Source of the DNA: Candidatus Aminicenantes bacterium
GTDB lineage: Bacteria; Acidobacteriota; Aminicenantia; Aminicenantales; Aminicenantaceae
Length of the DNA: 57,465 bases
Reading direction: 5' to 3'
Assembly: GCA_011042725.1 (NCBI GenBank)
Contig: DQWD01000338.1
Span: 1 to 57,465 of the forward strand
Below the pieces are notes generated by a model. The model made no database searches. It was not told where the DNA came from and worked only from the letters and a program-made list of their open reading frames with translations. Positions 48,227 to 57,465 of the stretch are shown here, one piece after another; position 1 is the first letter of the stretch; each line of letters opens with the position of its first letter. Position numbers and translations under genes: made by a program.

Positions 48227-48440
48227 ACGTTATCCCTTGGCTTGGTTTTCTTCAAGGGAGTTTATTTATTAACCATTTCCCCCAACCGAACTCTAAAAAG
48301 CTTCCCATCGGGCGAAAAGAGATCCCGTTATAATCATTGGTCTGTTCCGCTTGAGGAAGCCATTTGACGGCTTCGATATTTTGATCCTCCGCCAGCCAAC
48401 AAAAGAAAGTGGCTTGGGGAATAGCCAAAGATACTTAACC

Positions 48441-48487
48441 TTGACATTGACTTTTTCTCTGACTAAACTATACACTCCAATTGGAGT
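48441..48487 (+). promoter_or_regulatory. sigma70 promoter followed by a palindromic operator
   Basis: TTGACA-N17-TAAACT (48441-48469), then the perfect 14-bp palindrome ACTCCAATTGGAGT (48474-48487). Confidence 0.55.
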
Positions 48488-48606
48488 ATAATTAGAGTGC
48501 CTAGCCGGCCTCTCAACAGGAATTCCCATTTGGACAATTAGCTAAAAGCTCTTCTCCAAGGAGCCGTCTTGGGTAATCATCTCTGACGGGAATAAAGAGA
48601 AAAGCA

Positions 48607-48738
48607 ATGACTGAGGCTTTATTAGCCAGGGGGCGGGCTAATCTCCCCCTGGTCCCAACAGGAAAGAGTTTCTCTCTTTTTCCCGCCGAGTTGAAGAAGA
48701 GCCTTGAGACGTATTATCTATTAGCCGAGAATCACTAA
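48607..48738 (+). CDS. Possible 43-aa small ORF upstream of sat
   Basis: ATG..TAA open frame (MTEALLARGRANLPLVPTGKSFSLFPAELKKSLETYYLLAENH) after a purine-rich stretch; no homology recognised. Confidence 0.2.
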   Translation: MTEALLARGRANLPLVPTGKSFSLFPAELKKSLETYYLLAENH

Positions 48739-48801
48739 CTTATGGTATCTTGTTAAGTTGCCTTATGGGCACTCAAATTGAATCAAAGATGGAGGTTCAG
48801 C

Positions 48802-49974
48802 ATGAAACTTGTTCCCCCTCATGGTGGTCAACTAAAGCCTCTTCTTATTAATGAAGAAGGTCGGTTAGAAACAAAGAAAAGGGCCCAAACTTTACCTCCT
48901 GTGTACCTGTCCTCCCGGGAAACATCCGACTTAATCATGCTCGCTATGGGCGCTTTTAGTCCTCTGAGCGGCTTTATGGGCCATGACGACTACCAGCAAG
49001 TGATTAAAGACATGCATCTTGCCGACGGCACTCTTTGGCCAATTCCGATAACTTTGGCAGTTACTGAAGAAGAAGCCAAGAAGCTCTCTCTCAATTCGGA
49101 AATAGCTCTAATCGACCGCGATTCCCAAGAAATCATGGGCATTTTCCGTCTGCGCGACAAATTTACTTATGACCCACGCCTGGAAGCTCGCCTTGTCTTT
49201 GGCACCGAGGATGAAGCCCATCCAGGAGTGGCTAAAATATATGCCCAGCCGAAGGTTTATCTAGGGGGTGAAGTGGTGGCTTTAAGTGAAGGGCCTTTTC
49301 CGGCTCTCTACGGGAATTATTTTGCGCGGCCCGAAGAAACAAGAAGAATTTTTCAAAAGAAAGGCTGGCAAACCGTGGCTGCTTTTCAAACCCGCAATCC
49401 GATGCACCGTAGTCATGAGTACTGCACGAAAATTGCCTTAGAAGTATCTGATGGCCTTTTTATTCATCCTTTAGTAGGTAAACTCAAGGCTGACGATATT
49501 CCGGCTGAGGTTCGAATGCAGTGCTACGAAGTCCTCCTGGCCAAGTATTATCCCCAAGAACGGATAGTCATCAAGGTCTACCCCATGGAAATGCGCTACG
49601 CTGGTCCTCGTGAAGCTGTTTTACATGCTATCATTCGCCAAAATTTCGGTTGTAGCCACCTGATTATCGGCCGCGACCATGCCGGAGTAGGCAACTACTA
49701 CGGGCCCTTTGCTGCCCAAAAAATTTTCGACCAGATCGGTGAAGACGAGCTCTACATCAAACCTCTGAAAATTGACTGGACCTTTTGGTGTTACCAGTGC
49801 GACGGGATGGCCTCTTTAAAAACCTGCCCCCATAGCAACGAAGACCGGGTTCTCATCAGCGGGACGAAACTGCGGGAGATGCTTGCTCGGGGTGAAAGGC
49901 CTCCCAAGGAATTCAGTCGTCCCGAAGTGGTCCAGATATTACTCGACTACTACCAACAAAAAAAGAATAGGTGA
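48802..49974 (+). CDS. sat: Sulfate adenylyltransferase (ATP sulfurylase, Sat type)
   Basis: [32 protein letters not shown] and IGRDHAGVG motifs; ATG 48802 with GGAGGT RBS. Confidence 0.96.
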   Translation: MKLVPPHGGQLKPLLINEEGRLETKKRAQTLPPVYLSSRETSDLIMLAMGAFSPLSGFMGHDDYQQVIKDMHLADGTLWPIPITLAVTEEEAKKLSLNSEIALIDRDSQEIMGIFRLRDKFTYDPRLEARLVFGTEDEAHPGVAKIYAQPKVYLGGEVVALSEGPFPALYGNYFARPEETRRIFQKKGWQTVAAFQTRNPMHRSHEYCTKIALEVSDGLFIHPLVGKLKADDIPAEVRMQCYEVLLAKYYPQERIVIKVYPMEMRYAGPREAVLHAIIRQNFGCSHLIIGRDHAGVGNYYGPFAAQKIFDQIGEDELYIKPLKIDWTFWCYQCDGMASLKTCPHSNEDRVLISGTKLREMLARGERPPKEFSRPEVVQILLDYYQQKKNR

Positions 49975-50597
49975 GCATCATGGTTCGGCAAAAAGCAACT
50001 AATATTACCTGGCACCAAGGGGCTATTACCAAAGAGGATCGAGAGCGACTTCTCAATCAAAAGGGAGTGGTTATCTGGTTTACTGGTCTTTCCGGTTCAG
50101 GAAAATCTACCATTGCTCATGCGGTGGAAGAGAAACTTTTTGAACGAGGCCATCTGTCATATGTGCTCGACGGGGACAACATTCGCCATGGCCTGAACCA
50201 AGATCTCGGGTTTTCACCCGAAGACCGAGAAGAAAACATCCGCCGGATTGGAGAAGTGGCCAAGCTTTTTGCTCAGGCCGGTCTCATTACGATGACCGCT
50301 TTCATTTCCCCTTATCAAGCTGACCGTCAGAAAGCCCGCCATCTTCTACCCCCGGGAGGGTTTATCGAAGTCTTTGTCAAGGTCCCTCTCCAAGTGGCCG
50401 AAAAACGAGATCCTAAAGGATTATACAAGAAGGCTCGGGCGGGTGAAATAAAAGAATTCACTGGCATTTCAGCCCCTTATGAAGAGCCTCTGGCACCAGA
50501 GATAACTCTGGATACCAGCCTCCTCTCTGTTGAGGAATGCTGCTCTCAAGTCATCCAGTACCTGGAAGAACACCAGATTATCCCTCGTCATCAGTAA
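49971..50597 (+). CDS. cysC: Adenylyl-sulfate kinase
   Basis: [39 protein letters not shown] and FTGISAPYE motifs. Confidence 0.96.
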   Translation: MSIMVRQKATNITWHQGAITKEDRERLLNQKGVVIWFTGLSGSGKSTIAHAVEEKLFERGHLSYVLDGDNIRHGLNQDLGFSPEDREENIRRIGEVAKLFAQAGLITMTAFISPYQADRQKARHLLPPGGFIEVFVKVPLQVAEKRDPKGLYKKARAGEIKEFTGISAPYEEPLAPEITLDTSLLSVEECCSQVIQYLEEHQIIPRHQ

Positions 50598-53500
50598 TGA
50601 TTGTTATAATCCACATAGAAAGAGTTTTCCCCGAGTAAATTTTCCACCTGTTGGCGTAACTTGGTTGAAGGTTTCACCTTCTCTTCTTCGGCCGATTGAA
50701 CCAGTAAGCGAAAGGCCAGTGGTTTTTCCAATTCAAAATAAACAGGGCATTGGCCGCGATTGGCAGCTAATAAAGATTTGAGTTCTTCGAGCAACACTTT
50801 TTCTAACCCGGGCAAGTAGAGTCGAATAACAACTTTTCGAGCTAACTTCTCCAACGCTTCTTCCAAAAGCATAATTTCGGATAAAATAAGACGAGGAGAA
50901 TCCGAGTTAGGGGATAATTTCCCTTTCACCCAGACCAAAATATCTTCCCGAAGATATTCATAGTTTTGCCGATAGGCATCAGGGAAAACAACTACTTCCA
51001 ATTGCCCGGTCATATCTTCCAGCACAAAAGTGGCCATCCGCTCATCTTTTCGGGTTTTTATCTGCTTCATTCCATTGATAATTCCCGCCACCATAATCTC
51101 CCGGTCATGATTATTAACCGCCTCCAACTCATTAATTGCATGGCTTACCAAGCGCTTAAGATGATGGCCATATTGGGCTAAGGGATGGGAAGAAAAGTAA
51201 AAACCCAGGGCTTCTTTCTCATAAGCCAAAGCTTGCGCTTCATCCCACTCTTTCATCTCAGCAATTTCAGGAGGAAGAGTTAAGGGCTCAATTTCTTCCC
51301 CTCCAAACAATGTTGTTTGGGGGGACTGCTTCCTTTTACTGATCTTATGGCTGCGGGCAATCATCATGTCCACCATATGGAATAACTGCGAGCGTTTCCA
51401 GCCTAAAGAATCAAAGGCCCCGGCTTTGATTAAGCTCTCCAGTACTTTACGATTAACCGCCTTCGGGTCTACATTTTCGACGATGTCAAAAGGTGATTTA
51501 AAACCACCAATTTTTTGCCTAGCTTGGAGGATAGATCGCACTGCTTGCTCGCCAACATTTTTAATGGCCGCCAATCCAAAACGAATACTCCCTTTAGCCA
51601 CGGAAAAAGTTAAATCGCTTTCATTGATGTCAGGAGGAAGGACTTTAATGCCCATCTCCTTACATTCGTTGATATATTTCACCACTTGGTCAGTGGCTCC
51701 TTTCTCGGCTTCCGAGGTTAACAGGGCTGCGAGAAAGCAAACCGGATAATGAGCCTTGAGATAAGCGGTTTGAAAGGCAAGATAAGCATAGGCAGCACTA
51801 TGGGATTTATTAAAGCCATAACCGGCAAAATAATTGATAGTTTCAAAAAGTTGATTGGCCTTAGCTGGGTTGATTCCTTTTCTCTTCGCTCCCTGGATAA
51901 ACCTATCCCGTTGGGCCTTCATCACCGAGGTTTTCTTTTTACCGATGGCTTTCCTCAAGAGATCCGCCTCCGCCAAGGAAAAGCCCGCCAATTCCGTGGC
52001 AATCATCATGACTTGCTCTTGATAGACAATCAATCCTTTTGTCTCCTTAAGAATTGGCTCCAATTCGGGCAAATCATATTTGATTGAGTCGGGATGATGC
52101 TTGCGCTTGATGAATTCCTCGGTCATTCCGCTCTGGAGAGGCCCCGGCCGATAGAGAGCATTCAAGGCAATCAGATCCCGGAAATCTTCCGGTTTATAAT
52201 TAACTAAAAGAGCCTTCATACCCGCGCTTTCAAACTGAAATACCCCATCAGTATTGCCGGCTTGGAAAAGAGCAAAGGTTTGAGGGTCATCAAGGGGTAT
52301 ATGGTCAATATCAACCTCTTCTCCCGTGTCCTTTCTAATCAACTCCAGAGAATCCTTGATCACGGTCAAGTTGCGTAATCCTAATAGATCCATCTTTAGC
52401 AACCCTAGAGCCTCTACATCTTGCATGGGAAACTGAGTTGTTATTTCCCCTCGCGCGGACATATAGAGAGGTAAAAATTCGGTTAAAGGCTGGGGCGCGA
52501 TGACGATGCCTGCCGCATGGATGGAGGGATGCCTAACTTGTCCTTCGAGTTTCTGGGCTAAATTAAGAAGATGGGTTATTTTACTGTTCTTGGTGTAAAT
52601 TTCTCTTAATTGAGGGATTGTTTCTAAAGCATTCTTAATGGCCGAGCCTTGAGTTTGCGGGGGGATCATTTTGGCAATCTTATCCACTTCGGGCAGAGGA
52701 ACTTCCAGCGCCCGGCCGACATCACGGACTGCTTGACGACCAGCCATAGTCCCAAAAGTGATAATCTGACAGACATTCTCCTGCCCGTATTTAGCGGTGG
52801 CATACTGGATAATTTCATCCCGCCGACGACCACAGAAATCTATATCAATGTCCGGCAAACTGACCCTTTCGGGATTAAGAAAGCGTTCAAAAAAAAGGTT
52901 ATACTCGATAGGATCAACCGCCGTGATGCCCAGAACAAAGGCTAAGAGACTTCCTGCCGCCGAACCTCGGCCAGGACCGACGGGAATTCCTCGGGTTCGG
53001 GCTTCGCGAATCAAATCCCAGACGATGAGGAAATACCCGGCAAAACCCATGTCTTTAACCAGGCTGATCTCCTTTTTCAACCGGTCTCGGTAAAAATCCT
53101 CAGAGGGTAATTGTCCCTCGCGAATTCTTGGGCCGAGAATAGCTAATTTTTTCTCCAGTCCTTCCCAGGCAATTTCCTCAAAGTAATTCTCTAAGGTATA
53201 ACCAGGCGGGGGTTGAAATCGAGGTAAATTATAACCCTTGAAAGGAAAATCAAAGTTACAGCGAGCCGCAATTTTTGCCGGGTTGATCAGGGCCTCGGGA
53301 ACATCTTGAAAAAGAGCCGCCATTTCTTCGCTGGATTTAAAATAAAACTCCTGGGTCCCAAATCTAATCCGATCAGGATCAGAAACTTTCTTATTGGTCT
53401 GGATGCAGAGAAGAACATCATGACTTTCGGCATCTTCTTTTTGAAAATAATGCACATCGTTAGTGGCCACCAAGGGAAGACCCAATTGATGGGCAAGCTC

Positions 53501-54097
53501 CACCAAGCGGGGGTTAACCTTTTTTTGGGCCTCCAAGCCATGGTCTTGAAGTTCTATGTAGAAATCATCTGGACTAAAAATCTGCGCATATTCCCGGGCC
53601 GCTCTTTGCGCTTCTTCCTCGCGATCCATTTCGAGGAAATAGCTTATCTCTCCCTTTAAGCAAGCCGAGAGAGCGATTAATCCCTCGGCATGAGAGGCCA
53701 ACAGCTCCTTATCAATCCGGGGTTTATAGTAAAAGCCTTCGATATAGCTCTTAGAGATTAGCTGGCAAAGGTTTTTATAACCCCTTTCATCCTTGACTAA
53801 AAGTACAAGGTGAAAATGGCTGGGGCGATTCTGATCCGGGGTTTTATCCTGGCGACTTCCGGGAGCAACGTACATTTCGCAGCCAAGAATGGGCTTAATT
53901 TTCTGTTCCTTGGCCAAACGAAAGAAACTTACCGCCCCAAAAATATTACCATGATCAGTAATGGCGACCGCCGGCATATTCATCAACTTGGCGGCCTTGA
54001 CTAAATCAGCCAAGCGCAAGGCTCCGTCTAGAACACTATACTCGGTGTGAGTATGAAGATGAATGAAAGGGGGGATATTATTATTGGCCTCTGACAT
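50591..54097 (-). CDS. dnaE: DNA polymerase III alpha subunit
   Basis: PHP domain ([13 protein letters not shown]), [10 protein letters not shown], catalytic [18 protein letters not shown] and an OB fold; no intein. Confidence 0.97.
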   Translation of the reverse strand: MSEANNNIPPFIHLHTHTEYSVLDGALRLADLVKAAKLMNMPAVAITDHGNIFGAVSFFRLAKEQKIKPILGCEMYVAPGSRQDKTPDQNRPSHFHLVLLVKDERGYKNLCQLISKSYIEGFYYKPRIDKELLASHAEGLIALSACLKGEISYFLEMDREEEAQRAAREYAQIFSPDDFYIELQDHGLEAQKKVNPRLVELAHQLGLPLVATNDVHYFQKEDAESHDVLLCIQTNKKVSDPDRIRFGTQEFYFKSSEEMAALFQDVPEALINPAKIAARCNFDFPFKGYNLPRFQPPPGYTLENYFEEIAWEGLEKKLAILGPRIREGQLPSEDFYRDRLKKEISLVKDMGFAGYFLIVWDLIREARTRGIPVGPGRGSAAGSLLAFVLGITAVDPIEYNLFFERFLNPERVSLPDIDIDFCGRRRDEIIQYATAKYGQENVCQIITFGTMAGRQAVRDVGRALEVPLPEVDKIAKMIPPQTQGSAIKNALETIPQLREIYTKNSKITHLLNLAQKLEGQVRHPSIHAAGIVIAPQPLTEFLPLYMSARGEITTQFPMQDVEALGLLKMDLLGLRNLTVIKDSLELIRKDTGEEVDIDHIPLDDPQTFALFQAGNTDGVFQFESAGMKALLVNYKPEDFRDLIALNALYRPGPLQSGMTEEFIKRKHHPDSIKYDLPELEPILKETKGLIVYQEQVMMIATELAGFSLAEADLLRKAIGKKKTSVMKAQRDRFIQGAKRKGINPAKANQLFETINYFAGYGFNKSHSAAYAYLAFQTAYLKAHYPVCFLAALLTSEAEKGATDQVVKYINECKEMGIKVLPPDINESDLTFSVAKGSIRFGLAAIKNVGEQAVRSILQARQKIGGFKSPFDIVENVDPKAVNRKVLESLIKAGAFDSLGWKRSQLFHMVDMMIARSHKISKRKQSPQTTLFGGEEIEPLTLPPEIAEMKEWDEAQALAYEKEALGFYFSSHPLAQYGHHLKRLVSHAINELEAVNNHDREIMVAGIINGMKQIKTRKDERMATFVLEDMTGQLEVVVFPDAYRQNYEYLREDILVWVKGKLSPNSDSPRLILSEIMLLEEALEKLARKVVIRLYLPGLEKVLLEELKSLLAANRGQCPVYFELEKPLAFRLLVQSAEEEKVKPSTKLRQQVENLLGENSFYVDYNNHY

Positions 54098-54123
54098 TGC
54101 TCCTCAAAATAACTAAAACGCTA

Positions 54124-55656
54124 TTATTCCCACTCAATGGTTCCCGGGGGTTTGGAGGTTATGTCATACACAACCCGGTTTACTCCATCGACCTCATTGA
54201 TAATCCTAGTCGCCACTCGATTAAGAAAACGCGGGGAAGCTGGGTACCAATCAGCCGTCATCCCGTCGACACTGGTAACTAAACGAAGAGCAACGACTCT
54301 TTGATAAGTCCTTTTGTCTCCCATCACCCCGACGGATTTAACGGGCAACAAAACCGCAAAAGCTTGCCAAAGTTGGGCATAAAGCCGGGCTTTCTTGACT
54401 TCCTCAACAAGAATAGCATCCACTTCTCGTAGTAAATCTAGCCTCTCCTTGGTTATTTCCCCCACCACTCGCACGGCCAATCCCGGGCCTGGGAAAGGAT
54501 GTTGACGGATGATATCCTGGGGTACACCCAGTTGCCGGGCTACTTCTCGTACTTCATCCTTGAACAACTCCCGCAGAGGCTCGACCAACTGGAATCCATG
54601 TTGAGCGGGTAAACCACCGACATTATGATGGGATTTTATACTGGCGGAAGGCCCTTTAACTGGAACACTTTCGATAACATCAGGATAAATCGTTCCCTGG
54701 GCTAAAAAGCGCACCCCGCCTTCCCGAGTAGCTTCATCTTCAAAAACACGGATGAACTCTTCGCCAATTATTTTTCTCTTCATCTCCGGGGACAGAATTC
54801 CCTTTAACCGCTTTAAAAAACGATCCGATTCCTGACGTCCCTTCAAGTTGAAGGAAAACTGCTTTTTAAAACACTCCAGGAGTTCCTCATATTGTCCCTT
54901 CCGTAATAAACCATTATCCACTAGAACACAAATCAGACGATCTTGGATAGCCCGCTCGATGAGCAGGGCCGTCACCAAAGAATCAATCCCTCCACTGAGT
55001 CCACAGATGACTTTCTCTGGCCCGACTTGCCGCCTAATTTCATCAACTTTCTGCTCGACAAAAGATTGCATACTCCAATCTGCCTGGAGTCCGGCAATAG
55101 CGAATAAAAAATTCGCCAACAATTGGCGCCCTTCTTGGGTATGAACTACTTCCGGATGAAATTGGACCCCAAAATACTTCTTCTCTCGATTCTCAACGAC
55201 CGCCACTGGACAATTTTGCGTCCAGCCGGAGATGATAAACCCCGGAGGAACCTCCCCCACTGAATCCCCATGGCTCATCCACACTTGAGCCTTGGGAGAT
55301 AATCCTTTCAACAATCCTTGGCTATCTTTAACCCTTAACTGAGCAAAGCCATATTCTCTTTTTGAGGAAGGATGGACCTTTCCTCCCAAGGTATGAACCA
55401 TAACTTGTAAACCATAACAAATTCCTAATAGGGGGACCGGCAAAGAGAACAGGGCCTTTTCGGGCAAAGGAGCATCCTGGTCATAGACACTTTGAGGCCC
55501 TCCCGAAAGAATAATCGCTCGGGGAGCCATCTTCTTTATTTCTTCTAGCGGGGTATGATAAGGCACAATCTGCGAAAAAACCCCTAGCTCTCTAACTCGC
55601 CGGGCGATTAGTTGCGTATATTGGGAACCAAAATCAAGGACGAGAACCATTTCCAT
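54124..55656 (-). CDS. guaA: GMP synthase (glutamine-hydrolysing)
   Basis: LDFGSQY, GICYG, QFHPEV, SGGIDS, IKSHHNVGG, HPFPGPGLA and KPPGTIEWE motifs. True start is ATG 55656; the track's extra 51 aa run through the promoter. Confidence 0.97.
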   Translation of the reverse strand: MEMVLVLDFGSQYTQLIARRVRELGVFSQIVPYHTPLEEIKKMAPRAIILSGGPQSVYDQDAPLPEKALFSLPVPLLGICYGLQVMVHTLGGKVHPSSKREYGFAQLRVKDSQGLLKGLSPKAQVWMSHGDSVGEVPPGFIISGWTQNCPVAVVENREKKYFGVQFHPEVVHTQEGRQLLANFLFAIAGLQADWSMQSFVEQKVDEIRRQVGPEKVICGLSGGIDSLVTALLIERAIQDRLICVLVDNGLLRKGQYEELLECFKKQFSFNLKGRQESDRFLKRLKGILSPEMKRKIIGEEFIRVFEDEATREGGVRFLAQGTIYPDVIESVPVKGPSASIKSHHNVGGLPAQHGFQLVEPLRELFKDEVREVARQLGVPQDIIRQHPFPGPGLAVRVVGEITKERLDLLREVDAILVEEVKKARLYAQLWQAFAVLLPVKSVGVMGDKRTYQRVVALRLVTSVDGMTADWYPASPRFLNRVATRIINEVDGVNRVVYDITSKPPGTIEWE

Positions 55657-55662
55657 TATTCG

Positions 55663-55691
55663 ATTGTAGCAGAGGAAACAACCTGGAGCAA
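55663..55691 (-). promoter_or_regulatory. sigma70 promoter (extended -10) giving a probably leaderless guaA mRNA
   Basis: TTGCTC-N17-TACAAT with TG-n before the -10 box; exactly 6 nt separate the -10 box from ATG, and there is no SD. Confidence 0.65.
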
Positions 55692-56078
55692 GAACACTTT
55701 TTATAAGGAATTCCTCAAACTGACTTTGTCGCAGAGAGCCCACCCTCTCCTCATCTCTTCTCGCCAGAACTCTTGCTGGATTCCGAGGCTCCAGCCGATT
55801 ATTTCTCATGATTTTCTATTTGATCAGGCTAAGGCCCGGCTGATTTTCGGCATTTTCCGGACGTCTCTGCAGCTCATGAGGCGTTTTGGTCCGCCAAGAG
55901 CAATTTCCAATTGTCCTCGACATCCATTTTGCCGTGATTTTTGTTGCTTAGCGTAGGTTTGAAGAAGAAAATAAGCACTAAAAGGCCTTCCCCCCATCAC
56001 AACAGAAAATGAGGTTCTTAGTTTATTGCCTCATTATCTTCGTAGAGAAAAATTATAAAATATTTATTATATACCCAA

Positions 56079-57176
56079 TTACAAAGTAGTATTTTTGGCC
56101 GTTTCATAAAGAGTAAGGATGTTCTCTAAGGGGACATCTGGCTGAATAGTGTTTGAAGGAGAGAGAATAAGGCCTCCATTTTGGCTGCAAGAGGCTATGC
56201 GCTGCTTTACTTCCGCTGCCACCTCCTCTGGCGTCCCAAAAGGAAGAGTTTTTTGGCAGGAAATTGTCCCGTGCAGACAGACTTGATTGCCAAAGAGATT
56301 TTTTATCTTTACCACATCCATGCATTCAGGCTGAATGGGATTGATGATATCGAATCCAATCTCTATTAGATCACTAAAGACGGCCTCCATATTGCCATCG
56401 CTGTGGAACATAAAGTAGATGTCTTTTTGGCGGCGAACTTCCTCCAGCCAAATTCTCAATCTGGGTTTAAAATACTTCCGCCACATTCGGGGAGAAATCA
56501 TCATAGTTTCCTGGGCAGCGATATCCCCCATAATAACCATCATATCAACACCAAGCTTAACCAATTGCTTAGACTGCTCAAGGCGATGTTCTAAAACTCT
56601 ATCAGCCAAGGTTTCTACTAATTTTGGCTCCTGGGTTAGATCCATCATATAACGGTCAAAACCTCTTAACTCCCATGATGTTTTAAAAATATTCCAGAGT
56701 TCAACAGCAACAAAGTATTTATTACCCCAGCGAGAGACATCGGAACGGACGCCTCGGTAACGTTCTTCCAGATTAGGATGAGGAAATCGATATTTCTTGA
56801 TTCCTTCCAAACCTGCTTCAGCCAATGGATGGTAGGTGTAAACCCAATATAATCCATTGGAATTAGGAATGCGGCAGATACCATATTCATCTTCAAGCCA
56901 ACCATTATCACGCTTTATCACCAGATTCTTTCGCCCCATGCCAATTTCAGGAATTTGCCAGGGAGAAGGAATTGCTCTTTCGGTAAAGGCTGAACTCGGT
57001 TCCAACATTGTATAGCGAATATCCAGGCCCAGAGCCTCCATGATCTTCTCGGCATCTTTAGTCCCCAAGTGTTCTTCTAGTTTGGCCCAGACATCCTGCC
57101 GGAAATAACCATCAAGCGGTACTCTGTCGGGTCGTTTCAGATTGATAGCTGTAATTACTCTTTCTTTTGAGTTCAA
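56079..57176 (-). CDS. Uroporphyrinogen decarboxylase-like (MtaA/CmuA-related) TIM-barrel protein
   Basis: SKERV...PDRVP N-terminus, GDIA, FHSDGN, INPIQP and GGLILSPSN motifs; TTG start with GAGGTG RBS. Confidence 0.85.
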   Translation of the reverse strand: MNSKERVITAINLKRPDRVPLDGYFRQDVWAKLEEHLGTKDAEKIMEALGLDIRYTMLEPSSAFTERAIPSPWQIPEIGMGRKNLVIKRDNGWLEDEYGICRIPNSNGLYWVYTYHPLAEAGLEGIKKYRFPHPNLEERYRGVRSDVSRWGNKYFVAVELWNIFKTSWELRGFDRYMMDLTQEPKLVETLADRVLEHRLEQSKQLVKLGVDMMVIMGDIAAQETMMISPRMWRKYFKPRLRIWLEEVRRQKDIYFMFHSDGNMEAVFSDLIEIGFDIINPIQPECMDVVKIKNLFGNQVCLHGTISCQKTLPFGTPEEVAAEVKQRIASCSQNGGLILSPSNTIQPDVPLENILTLYETAKNTTL

Positions 57177-57377
57177 AGTTTTTCACCTCTTAAATTACTA
57201 AAAATTACCTTCTCCTCTGCTTCCACGCCTACCGGGTGGTATCTTGGCTCAAAAATACCAAGAACAATCTCAATCAATTATCTTACTAGTTTCATTGCTT
57301 ACTTTCTATTATAAATTTTTTCTGAAATTGGGGATACATTACATAGTTACCTAATTTATAGTCCTCATTATTCCAAG

Positions 57378-57446
57378 TGTTATAATATCTTTTTTCAAGG
57401 AGGTAACAGAATGCTTAATTTTGATCCGGTCCCATCAAAAGGTTAA
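57378..57446 (+). other. Extended -10 promoter, strong SD and an 11-codon ORF
   Basis: TGTTATAAT (57378-57386), AAGGAGGT (57397-57404), ATG 57411, MLNFDPVPSKG, TAA 57444-57446. Confidence 0.4.
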
Positions 57447-57465
57447 GGGCGAAATCTAGGAATCA

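Noticed and set aside
48540-48790. SAM-I riboswitch upstream of sat
   Set aside because: The core AUC-AGAG and GCAACC/GUGC elements are absent; kept only as an unexplained leader.
50591-54097. Intein in DnaE
   Set aside because: The length (1168 aa) is normal, and no C...HN splicing or LAGLIDADG motifs interrupt the polymerase.
55657-55809. 51-aa N-terminal extension of GuaA in the ORF track
   Set aside because: It has no GuaA-like sequence and contains a well-formed promoter directly before ATG 55656.
55700-56070. Possible tmRNA, purine riboswitch or small ORF upstream of guaA
   Set aside because: No tRNA-like ends, tag peptide or aptamer consensus was seen; the short ORFs lack RBS and recognisable sequence.
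305-56911. Numerous 60-180 aa antisense or alternate-frame ORFs in the track (e.g. 305..760, 9895..10437, 30589..31029, 51366..51749)
   Set aside because: They are shadows of well-supported genes on the opposite strand or frame, with no motifs or RBS.
57055-57075. GTCCCCAAG match to the MITE terminal repeat
   Set aside because: It lies inside the UroD-like coding sequence (HLGTK codons), with no partner repeat or target duplication.

Overview
Gene-dense, mostly housekeeping window from a diderm (LPS-making) bacterium. The gene order and protein styles resemble Acidobacteriota, possibly Ca. Aminicenantia; this is an inference and no database search was run. In order it holds: a TPR lipoprotein-lptD-rfbA/C/B operon; an F0-only ATP synthase operon (atpZ-atpI-atpB-atpE) followed by yihY and lpxD; trxB; a glgA-like gene; and a long minus-strand run from tRNA-Val(GAC) through thrS-infC-rpmI-rplT-pheS-pheT-zapB-zapA-(6S RNA)-rny-ymdB-xseA-xseB-ispA-dxs-tlyA-nadK. 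Next is a plus-strand amino-acid catabolic block: an arcE-like P-loop ligase, arcC, an ornithine carbamoyltransferase, a 708-aa unknown, an FAD oxidoreductase, an ornithine-cyclodeaminase-family reductase and a Cys/Thr proline-racemase-family dehydratase. The rest is rnr coupled to a GTPase-less SelB C-terminal half, valS-birA-coaX, sat-cysC, dnaE, guaA and a UroD-family gene. Best leads: (1) a putative ATP-yielding arginine synthetase pathway (arcE-arcC-arcB, no arcA); (2) a stand-alone SelB domain III plus winged-helix protein coupled to RNase R; (3) a 344-bp structured MITE with 24-bp terminal inverted repeats and a perfect 8-bp target duplication, inserted exactly in a stop codon; (4) XseB ending in the SSB-type tail DDIPF; (5) a glycogen synthase homologue with several degenerate catalytic motifs; (6) an ATP synthase c subunit with no glycines left in its glycine stripe; (7) a trans-3-hydroxyproline catabolic trio. 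No CRISPR array, rRNA, transposase or prophage gene was seen.
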